NCBI GenBank assembly: GCA_019745565.1
Contig: JAIESW010000023.1
Span: 17,835 to 81,834 of the forward strand
Reading direction: 5' to 3'
DNA: 64,000 nt
DNA from: Burkholderiales bacterium
Lineage (GTDB): Bacteria > Pseudomonadota > Gammaproteobacteria > Burkholderiales > Ga0077523
The notes beneath the pieces are model-generated. The model did not search any database. It saw only the letters and a program-made list of their open reading frames with translations, and was not told the origin of the DNA. Shown one piece after another: positions 7,254 through 14,642 of this stretch. The translations under genes were made by a program, and so were the position numbers. How positions within the stretch are numbered: position 1 is the stretch's first letter; each line of letters opens with the position of its first letter.

Positions 7254-9659
7254 TTACTTGATACAGACGGCCCGCACCTGCTTCATGTCGGTGATGCCCT
7301 GCAGTACCTTCTCGATGCCGTCCTGCTTGAGTGTGCGCATGTTCTCGGCCAGCGCCGTAGCCACGATCTCGGCGACACGGGCGTGCTCCTGGATATGTTT
7401 CTTGATCGCGTCGGTACCGATCAGCAGTTCGTGCAGACCCACGCGACCCTTGTAGCCGGTGCCGCTGCAGGTATCGCAACCGACCGGGGTGTAGAGGGTG
7501 AACTGGCCCTTGTCGTTGCCGAAGTTCTGCACCCATTCGCGATACACGGCCTCGTAGGAACCCTTGGGGTCCTTCTTCCACGCCTCGGTGTTCTTCAACT
7601 CGACGCAGTATTCCTCGAGGATGCCCTTCAGCTCCTCCTGCGACGGCGTGTGCGCCGCCTTGCACTTGGAGCAGAGGCGCTTCGCGAGACGTTGCGCCAG
7701 CACGCCCAGCAGGGCGTCGGCGAAGTTGAACGGGTCCATCCCCATGTCGAGCAGGCGGATGATCGATTCCGGCGCACTGTTGGTGTGCAGGGTGGCGAAC
7801 ACCAGGTGACCGGTGAGCGAAGCCTCGATGCCGATGGAGGTGGTCTCCTTGTCGCGCATTTCGCCGACCATGATGATGTCCGGGTCGGCTCGCAGGAACG
7901 CCCGCATCGCGCTGGCGAAGTTGAGTCCCGCCTTGGGATTCATCTGCACCTGGCGCAGGCCCTTCTGCGTGATTTCCACCGGGTCCTCGGCGGTCCAGAT
8001 CTTGGTCTCGGGCGTGTTGAGGTAGCCCAGCACGGAGTGCAGCGTGGTGGTCTTGCCCGAACCGGTCGGGCCGCAGACGAAGAACAGGCCGTAGGGCTTC
8101 GAAACCGTTTCCTTGACGTTCTTGAAGTTGCGCGCCGACAGGCCCAGCTTCTCCAGCGGGATGGGTTCGCCCGCCGCCAGGATACGCATGACGATGTCCT
8201 CGACACCGCCCTGCGAAGGCACCGTCGCCACCCGCAGTTCGATGTCGAGCGGGCCGAACTTCTTGAACTTGATCTTGCCGTCCTGCGGCTTGCGCTTCTC
8301 CGAGATGTCGAGGTCGCACATGATCTTCAAGCGCGCCGCGAGGGCGTTGCGGTAGGACGCGGGCACCGAGATGTAGGGCACCAGCGTACCGTCCTTGCGG
8401 AACCGCACCTCGGTCTTGGCCTTACCGGGGAAGGGTTCGATGTGAATGTCGGAAGCGCCCTGGTGATAGGCATCGACGATGATCTTGTTGACGAGCTTCA
8501 CCAGCTCGTTGTCCTGGGCGAGCGAAGCGTCGTCGCTGCCGCCGCCGCCGATGAAATCATCGTCCGATTCGTCGTCGAGCTTGCCGAGCAGTTCGCCGAT
8601 GTCGGCACTGTCCATCTCGATGCCCATGCCACCGCCGCCGCCGCCGAAATACTGGTCCAGCGTCGCCCGGAACTCACGGAGCGTGCTCACGCGATACACC
8701 ACCTTGGCGCGCGGGAACACGTTGCCGACGATGCGCGAGGCCCGCAGGCGCTCGGGATCGGTGGTGAGGACCAGCAGGCCCTCCTTGCTTTCCTCGAGCG
8801 GCACCCAGCCGCCGCTCTCGACGAAGTCGCGCTTCAGGTTCTTCAGGAGGTCCATCGGCCGGATGCGGTCGCCGCGGAACGGCTCGTAGGGCACGCCGAA
8901 GAACGCCGACAGCGCCTCGCCGATGGCCGTGGGCTTAACCTGGAACTCGTCGGTGAGCACCTCCTCGATGTCGAGGCCCTTGCGACGCGCCGAGCGGGTG
9001 GCGAGCTCCATCTCCTCCGCCGACAGCACGGCATTCGTGACGAGCGCGTCGTACTTGCCGCGCAGTACCGTGGTGGACTTCTGGCGCAGCTTGAGCGCAA
9101 TCGCAAGCGTCTCGCTCAAGTTGACGATGCCTTCCTCGGCGAGCGGCCCGAAGTTCTCGCCGTTCTTCGAGTTGATCACCTGCACGATGCCGACCAGTTC
9201 GTTGGTCCCGGCTTCCAGCACCGGGCAGACCAGCATCTGCTTGGTCCGGTAGCCGGTGCGCTTGTCCACTTCCTTCAGGAACTTGAGCTGCGGGCTCAGG
9301 TTGCGCAGCTCGTTCTCGTCGTACACATCGCGGATATTGGCGAGCTTCTTGGTGGACGCGACGAAGCCTGCGATCGACTGGTCGTTGATCGGCAGCTTGA
9401 GATCCTTGAACGAGGTGAGGCCGGTCTTGACCTTGGAGATGATGGCCTGCTTGTCCTCCGCGACCGCGTAGACCGTGAGACGATCGGCATCGAACAGCGA
9501 GCAGATGTCCTGCGATAGCTCGAGCATGATCTCGTCCACGTTGGTCGTGGCATGGATCCTGTTCGTGACGGCCTGGAGCTTGCGCTGGAACTCCAGCTTG
9601 TTGCTCATCTCGGCCAGGTTCTGACTGGCCTGCGGCTTGGCGTCGAGCACCGAACTCAT
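7254..9659 (-). CDS. GspE/PilB-family secretion/pilus ATPase with N-terminal GAF domain
   Basis: 801 aa. N-terminal GAF-like region (TGYRTKQMLVCPV...LVGIVQVINSK). T2SSE_N-like segment. Walker A GPTGSGKTTTL, Asp box DPDIIMVGEMRD, LVFATLHTN, tetracysteine CSKC...CDTC. Confidence 0.9.
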   Translation of the reverse strand: MSSVLDAKPQASQNLAEMSNKLEFQRKLQAVTNRIHATTNVDEIMLELSQDICSLFDADRLTVYAVAEDKQAIISKVKTGLTSFKDLKLPINDQSIAGFVASTKKLANIRDVYDENELRNLSPQLKFLKEVDKRTGYRTKQMLVCPVLEAGTNELVGIVQVINSKNGENFGPLAEEGIVNLSETLAIALKLRQKSTTVLRGKYDALVTNAVLSAEEMELATRSARRKGLDIEEVLTDEFQVKPTAIGEALSAFFGVPYEPFRGDRIRPMDLLKNLKRDFVESGGWVPLEESKEGLLVLTTDPERLRASRIVGNVFPRAKVVYRVSTLREFRATLDQYFGGGGGGMGIEMDSADIGELLGKLDDESDDDFIGGGGSDDASLAQDNELVKLVNKIIVDAYHQGASDIHIEPFPGKAKTEVRFRKDGTLVPYISVPASYRNALAARLKIMCDLDISEKRKPQDGKIKFKKFGPLDIELRVATVPSQGGVEDIVMRILAAGEPIPLEKLGLSARNFKNVKETVSKPYGLFFVCGPTGSGKTTTLHSVLGYLNTPETKIWTAEDPVEITQKGLRQVQMNPKAGLNFASAMRAFLRADPDIIMVGEMRDKETTSIGIEASLTGHLVFATLHTNSAPESIIRLLDMGMDPFNFADALLGVLAQRLAKRLCSKCKAAHTPSQEELKGILEEYCVELKNTEAWKKDPKGSYEAVYREWVQNFGNDKGQFTLYTPVGCDTCSGTGYKGRVGLHELLIGTDAIKKHIQEHARVAEIVATALAENMRTLKQDGIEKVLQGITDMKQVRAVCIK

Positions 9660-9766
9660 GGCATTGCCCTCGGAAGGAAACGCGATTCCGGTCGATGCGG
9701 CGCACGCGGCACGCTCTTCATCCCTCGGAAACCCATTTTAAACCTCGCACTTCGTGAAACCACCAA

Positions 9767-9791
9767 CCGGCCGCGCCCCAGGCGCGACCGG
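9767..9791 (-). terminator. Candidate terminator hairpin downstream of the phosphodiesterase gene
   Basis: ccggccgcgcc-cca-ggcgcgaccgg, an 11-bp GC stem with one mismatch. On the minus strand it is followed by ttggtggttt. Confidence 0.45.
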
Positions 9792-9873
9792 ACCTCAGCC
9801 ACTCCCCAGGATACTTTGAAGGACCCTGCACCCCAGCGTCGCCGGGCGCTGCCCATTCACGGATCCTGGCATC

Positions 9874-10638
9874 TCAGAACTTGAAGACATGCCCGTTCGA
9901 GAGCATGCGTGGGTTGAACGCCCCCGCACACTCTTCGACCTCTGCCATGGTGAGCGCTCCCTCGCCAGGCTTGAGATGGGTGATGAAGATGCGCGCCTGA
10001 CGTTTCAGCTTGGCCAGTTCCTCGGCCAGCATGTCGGGCCAGAGATGCTTCGAAGCGATCGCGAGATCCTTCTCGCCGTTGCTGAAGGCAGTCTCGATGA
10101 TGACGTAGCGCAGGTTCTCGATGCGGTTCACCTCGGCCCAGAGCTCGTCGCAGGCGCCGGTGTCGCCGGTGAACAGGAGGGCCGCGGCGCCGCTGTCGAG
10201 GACGTAGCCCACCGCGGGCACGGTGTGGTTCACCTTGACCGGGGTGATCCTGCGGCCGTTCAGATCCACGGCCTGCCCGGGCGTGACCGGCGCGAAGCGC
10301 AGGAACGGCTTGTCCGTGTCGGGGATGGTGGAGAAATCCGGCCAGATCTTCCAGTTGAAGATGTGGTCACGAATGATCTGCAGGGTCTCGGCCGTGGCAT
10401 GCACCGTGATCGGCTGCGAGCGCATGCCGCCTACGGTATCCACCAGGAACGGCAGCATCGCCAGGTGGTCGAGATGTGAGTGCGTGAGGAAGACGTGGTC
10501 GATCAGCTGCAGCTCGGAGAGCGTGAGATCGCCCACGCCGGTCCCGGCATCGATCAGCACGTCCTGGTCGAGCAGCATGGACGTGGTCCGGAGGTTGCCC
10601 CCGATCCCGCCGCTGCAGCCGAGTACACGGATGAGCAT
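9874..10638 (-). CDS. Class II 3',5'-cyclic-nucleotide phosphodiesterase (metallo-beta-lactamase fold)
   Basis: 254 aa from MLIRVLGCSGG. LTHSHLDHLAML matches the H-x-H-L-D-H class II cAMP-PDE signature. The longer track ORF (to 11625) overlaps the cyclase gene out of frame. Confidence 0.8.
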   Translation of the reverse strand: MLIRVLGCSGGIGGNLRTTSMLLDQDVLIDAGTGVGDLTLSELQLIDHVFLTHSHLDHLAMLPFLVDTVGGMRSQPITVHATAETLQIIRDHIFNWKIWPDFSTIPDTDKPFLRFAPVTPGQAVDLNGRRITPVKVNHTVPAVGYVLDSGAAALLFTGDTGACDELWAEVNRIENLRYVIIETAFSNGEKDLAIASKHLWPDMLAEELAKLKRQARIFITHLKPGEGALTMAEVEECAGAFNPRMLSNGHVFKF

Positions 10639-10640
10639 CG

Positions 10641-12866
10641 CTATTTCGTGTCGAAGTCGAAGACGCCGTCCCAGTTGGGCGGCGGCGGATCGCTGCGGAA
10701 GCGCGCGATCCGCTTGATGAATTCCTTGTACAGCCCGGACTCCGGCTCGGCCTTCTGCAGATTGAGAAGCTGCAGCTCGGCCTTGTCCCAGTCCTGCGCG
10801 CGGTAGAACTTGAGCGCCTGCGCGAAGAGCTTCAGGCGATCCAGCGTTTCCTTGTCGACGCTGCCCTGCAGGCCGATCGGCTCGAAGATCGCGACCGGCT
10901 CGTCCTTGCCCTTGACGCGCACGCGATCGAGTTCGCGCACCACCACATCGGGAGCCGCCTTGCGCGTCTCCTCGCCGATGATCATCGTGACGCCGTACTT
11001 CTTGGTGAGCGATTCGAGCCGCGACGCGAGGTTCACCGCATCGCCCATCACGGTGTAGGCGACGCGCACGGCCGAGCCCATGTTGCCCACGCTCATGCGC
11101 CCGGTGTTGAGACCGATGCCGATGGACAGCGGTCGCCACCCGTTCGCGCGGAACTCGGCGTCGAGCGATTTCAGCGTGATCTGCATCTCGAGGCCGGCCA
11201 GCACGGCGTTGCGCGCGTGATCCTTGTCCTCGATGGGGGCGCCCCAGAAAGCCATGATCGCATCGCCCATGTATTTGTCGATGGTGCCGCGATGGCCATA
11301 GATCACTTCGGTCATGGGGGTGAGATAGGCGTTCATGAGCCGCGACAGCGCTTTCGGGTCGAGTCCTTCGGACAAACTGGTGAAGTCGCGCACATCGGAG
11401 AACAGCACGGTGAGCTCGCGGCTCTCGCCCTCCATGGAAAAGCGCTCCGGATCGCGGCTCATTTCCTCCGCGATTTCGGGCGGCACGTACTGGCCGAAAC
11501 GACTGGTGATCTGGCGCTTGACACGCGTCTCCACGAAGTAGCCGTAGGACATGTTGAGCGCGTACAGCATGACCACCATAAGCAATCCAGATGCCAAAGG
11601 CAGCACCAGATTGCCGCCGTTCCAAATGACCAGGTTACCGGCGACGACGGCTGCCAGCACACCCAGCGTGACCAGCGTCGCCTTGAGCGGGTTCAGGAAC
11701 GGCAGCACCACGGCCATGATGACGCCGGTCACCAGGAGCAGGAACACCTCGGCGCCCAGCACGTAGGGCGGCTTCTGCTTGATCGTCCCGTCGAGCATGC
11801 CGCCGATCAGGTTGGCGTGGATCTCGACCCCGGGGTACAGCGGCCCTGCCGGCGTCGACCGCAAGTCCTGCAGGCCCGGCGCCGTGGTGCCGATGAGAGC
11901 GATCTTGTCCTTGATCTCCTCGGCCGGCACACGGTCGTGCAGCACGTCGGTGGCCGACACGTACTGGAAGCTGTGCTCCGGCCCGCGGTAGGGCACGAGC
12001 GCGTTGGCACCCCGGTCGAGCGGAACCCGCAGGTTGCCCACTTCGAGCCATTCCAGACCGGGGTAATTCTTGGTGAGCAGACCGTCGGCCGGATAGCCCG
12101 GCTTGACCGGCGGCGACCCCATCAACAGGCGCACGATCGCCAGCGCGAGGGGCTCGTAGTACGCACCCTTGTACTCGGCGAGCATCGGCACGCTGCGATG
12201 CACACCGTCGGGATCGGTCCACGGCGTGACGTGACCGGCGCCGGCCGCTGCAGCCTGCAGTTCGGGCAGGTTGCCGCCGTACCCCGGGAACGAGGAAAAG
12301 TCGATGCGCTTGCCGGTGAACGTCCCCGCGGGGAGCACGGGCTTCGGGATCGCGCCGATCGCGATCCCCTCCTTGCCGGTCAGCAGGCTGGAGAAGTAGT
12401 AGCCCAGCACGACGGGCCGCCCTTTGAGCGACTCCGCGAAGATCCGGTCGTATTCGAGCTTCGGCGCGAGGGCTTCCAGCGCACTCCGGTACTGGACGTT
12501 GCCCTTGAGGTCGCCCTCGCCGAACTGGCGCAGCAACTCGAGCGCGGAGCTTTCGTCCCGCTCCGGGAAGAAGACGTCGAAGCCGAGCACGGCGACGTGG
12601 TGCCGCTCAAAGATCTTGTCGACCAGCGCCGCGAGCCGGTCACGCCGCCACGGCCAGCGGCCTTCCTCGGCGAGACTCTTCTCGTCGATGTCGATGATGA
12701 CCACGCGCGGATCCACGGTGCGCGGCATCGTGAGCAGCAGCCGCGCGTCGTAGGCGATGGCCTCGAGCTGATCGATGGCACGCAACCGCGACCAGCCCGC
12801 CGCGTGGGCGAGGAACACCAGCAACACCGCGACGCCCAGCAGGATGCGGATCGCGTGTTTCTTCAA
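10641..12866 (-). CDS. CHASE2 sensor domain-containing class III adenylate/guanylate cyclase
   Basis: TTG start after GGGGAG. N-terminal TM + CHASE2 (EEGRWPWRRD). Multi-TM segment. Cyclase core LTVLFSDVRDFTSLSE, GTIDKYMGDAIMAFWGAP, YTVMGDAVNLASRLE. Confidence 0.9.
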   Translation of the reverse strand: MKKHAIRILLGVAVLLVFLAHAAGWSRLRAIDQLEAIAYDARLLLTMPRTVDPRVVIIDIDEKSLAEEGRWPWRRDRLAALVDKIFERHHVAVLGFDVFFPERDESSALELLRQFGEGDLKGNVQYRSALEALAPKLEYDRIFAESLKGRPVVLGYYFSSLLTGKEGIAIGAIPKPVLPAGTFTGKRIDFSSFPGYGGNLPELQAAAAGAGHVTPWTDPDGVHRSVPMLAEYKGAYYEPLALAIVRLLMGSPPVKPGYPADGLLTKNYPGLEWLEVGNLRVPLDRGANALVPYRGPEHSFQYVSATDVLHDRVPAEEIKDKIALIGTTAPGLQDLRSTPAGPLYPGVEIHANLIGGMLDGTIKQKPPYVLGAEVFLLLVTGVIMAVVLPFLNPLKATLVTLGVLAAVVAGNLVIWNGGNLVLPLASGLLMVVMLYALNMSYGYFVETRVKRQITSRFGQYVPPEIAEEMSRDPERFSMEGESRELTVLFSDVRDFTSLSEGLDPKALSRLMNAYLTPMTEVIYGHRGTIDKYMGDAIMAFWGAPIEDKDHARNAVLAGLEMQITLKSLDAEFRANGWRPLSIGIGLNTGRMSVGNMGSAVRVAYTVMGDAVNLASRLESLTKKYGVTMIIGEETRKAAPDVVVRELDRVRVKGKDEPVAIFEPIGLQGSVDKETLDRLKLFAQALKFYRAQDWDKAELQLLNLQKAEPESGLYKEFIKRIARFRSDPPPPNWDGVFDFDTK

Positions 12867-12926
12867 GGGCTCCCCGTCGTCTCGTCGTGTACGTGCGTCG
12901 GGCGCCGCCAGCGTGCCGCACCGGCC

Positions 12927-12953
12927 GGCGCGCTGGACTGGTCCAGCCGCGCC
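12927..12953. other. GC-rich stem-loop between the FHA gene and the cyclase gene
   Basis: ggcgcgctggac-tg-gtccagccgcgcc, 12-bp arms with a one-base bulge and no following T-tract. Confidence 0.5.
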
Positions 12954-12981
12954 GTCGAAGGGCGGTGCGGTGCGTCCTCGA

Positions 12982-13797
12982 CTACGCGGCCCGGAAGAAG
13001 AACTCCATCTTGACGCCGGCCAGTTCGATCACGTCGTGATCGTTCAACTGATGGGCCTGCGGATCGAGCGCCTTGCCGTTCACCACCGGGAAGCTCGCGC
13101 CTTCCACGTGAGTGATGAAGTAGCCCTGCGGCCGCTTCGCGATCACCGCGACCTGGACACCGGGCTTGCCGAGCGTGGTGAGCGCCTTGGTGAGCGGCAG
13201 TTCCTTGCCCGCGTTCGGTCCGGACAGGATCTGGATGACCCCCTGCTGGCCGCCGGCCGCGACGGGTGCCACCGGCGTGATGGTGGCCGGAGCGACCACC
13301 TGCTGCGCCCTCATCTCCGCCGCCGCCGCCGCAGTCTCGGCAGCCATACCCAGCTGCGGGTTGATCTGCGTGTCGGACAACGCCGTCTTCACGCCGCTGG
13401 TGGTCGTGAGATTGGTCTGCGTGTCGCCGAGCTTCGGCTCCGCAGGCGCCTTGGGCGGGGCGCGCAGCACCATGGTCTTCTCGAAGTCGGCCGCCGTCGT
13501 GGTGCTGGGCGCCTCGTTCACGTACTTCAGCTTGTACTTGCCGATCTCGATCACGTCGCTGTTCTGCAGGAAGTGCTTCTTGATCGGCTGACCGTTCACG
13601 AGGGTCCCGTTGGTACTGCCCAGGTCCTCGAGGAAGGAGTCGTTCAGGATCGTGACGATGGCGGCGTGCTCGCCGCTCACGGCCAGATTGTCGATCGGAA
13701 TGTCGTTGTGCGCCTTCCGACCGATCGTCGTGCGCTCCTTCGTCAGCGTGTACTCCTTCAGCATCACGCCGTCGAGAGTGAGAATCAACTTAGCCAT
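12982..13797 (-). CDS. FHA domain protein (canonical N-terminal FHA plus degenerate C-terminal FHA-like module)
   Basis: Start MAKLILTLDG at 13797. N-terminal TIGRKAHNDIPI...VSGEHAAI...STNGTLVNG. Ala/Thr/Pro-rich linker. C-terminal TLGKPG...VVNGKAL...VIELAGVKMEFF lacks the SxxH motif. Confidence 0.85.
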   Translation of the reverse strand: MAKLILTLDGVMLKEYTLTKERTTIGRKAHNDIPIDNLAVSGEHAAIVTILNDSFLEDLGSTNGTLVNGQPIKKHFLQNSDVIEIGKYKLKYVNEAPSTTTAADFEKTMVLRAPPKAPAEPKLGDTQTNLTTTSGVKTALSDTQINPQLGMAAETAAAAAEMRAQQVVAPATITPVAPVAAGGQQGVIQILSGPNAGKELPLTKALTTLGKPGVQVAVIAKRPQGYFITHVEGASFPVVNGKALDPQAHQLNDHDVIELAGVKMEFFFRAA

Positions 13798-13813
13798 AGC
13801 ACAATCCCCGTAT

Positions 13814-14638
13814 TTACTTGAACCACGACAGGACCTTGCCCAACCACGTTTCCGCCGCCGGAAAATCGCGGTTGACCCTGACCAGAACGACGGACACGTT
13901 GTCCCGTCCACCGTTGTCGTTCGCCATCTGCACCAGTTGATTCGCCGCGAGCGGCAGGTTCGACCCCATCGCATTCAGCGTCAACTCGATGTCCTCGTCC
14001 TCGACCATGTCGTTGAGGCCGTCCGAACACAGCAAGTACAAGTCGCCCGGCCGCGCATCGTAGGTGTGGATTTCGGCCTCCACCTCCGGTTCGATGCCGA
14101 GCGCACGTGTCACCAGATTCTTGTTCTGCGACCGCCGCGCCGCTTCGCGCGTGATCATGCCGCTGTCGATCTGCTCCTGCAGCAGGCTGTGGTCGCGCGT
14201 CACCTGCTCCAGCCGGTCCTCGCGCAGGCGGTACAGCCGCGAGTCGCCGATGTGGGCCACCGACAGGCGATTGTCGCGGAACAGGGCCACCACTAGCGTG
14301 GTGCCCATGCCGGCATACTGGGGTTGGCTGCTCGCCGACTGGTAGATGGATGTGTTCGCCTTCGCGATGATGCCCTTCAGCAGTCGGATCGCCTGCAGAT
14401 CCCCGTCGGCCTGATCGAGCGAGTGCAGGTTGGTCTTGGCGATCGCCTGCCGCATCTCGGAGGTGATCAGCGCCACCGCGATCCCGCTCGCGACTTCACC
14501 GGCATTGTAGCCGCCCATGCCGTCTGCGAGTACCGCGAGTCCGACTTCACCGTCGGAGGAGATTGCATCCTCGTTGTGGGACCGCACCATCCCGGTATGG
14601 GTAGCACTGGCGATTTCGAGGGCCTTGGCCAGATTCAT
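13814..14638 (-). CDS. PP2C-family Ser/Thr protein phosphatase
   Basis: HTGMVRSHNEDA, LADGMGG, LLCSDGL, GGRDNVSVV motifs. 274 aa. Confidence 0.92.
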   Translation of the reverse strand: MNLAKALEIASATHTGMVRSHNEDAISSDGEVGLAVLADGMGGYNAGEVASGIAVALITSEMRQAIAKTNLHSLDQADGDLQAIRLLKGIIAKANTSIYQSASSQPQYAGMGTTLVVALFRDNRLSVAHIGDSRLYRLREDRLEQVTRDHSLLQEQIDSGMITREAARRSQNKNLVTRALGIEPEVEAEIHTYDARPGDLYLLCSDGLNDMVEDEDIELTLNAMGSNLPLAANQLVQMANDNGGRDNVSVVLVRVNRDFPAAETWLGKVLSWFK

Positions 14639-14642
14639 TCGT

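Noticed and set aside
8600-9100. MshEN-type c-di-GMP binding motif (RLGxx(L/V/I)(L/V/I)xxG...LxxxLxxQ, as I recall it) in the T2SSE_N-like region of the GAF-ATPase
   Set aside because: I could not find the RLG-initiated motif in the segment YDALVTNAVLSAEEMELATRSARRKGLDIEEVLTDEFQVKPTAIGEALSAFFGVPYEPF. Direct c-di-GMP binding through this route is therefore not supported by inspection and needs a profile search.
5673-9518. 1281-aa ORF on the plus strand spanning the HD-GYP and ATPase region
   Set aside because: It is antisense to two genes with clear domain content. Its translation is low-complexity and Arg/Ala/Gly/Val/Leu-rich with no recognisable motif. This is a typical shadow ORF in high-GC DNA, where stop codons are rare.
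9874-11625. 583-aa version of the phosphodiesterase ORF
   Set aside because: The N-terminal 329 aa overlap the cyclase gene out of frame and are Arg/Gly/Ala-rich. An internal ATG at 10638, 2 nt after the cyclase stop, yields a 254-aa MBL-fold protein of standard size.
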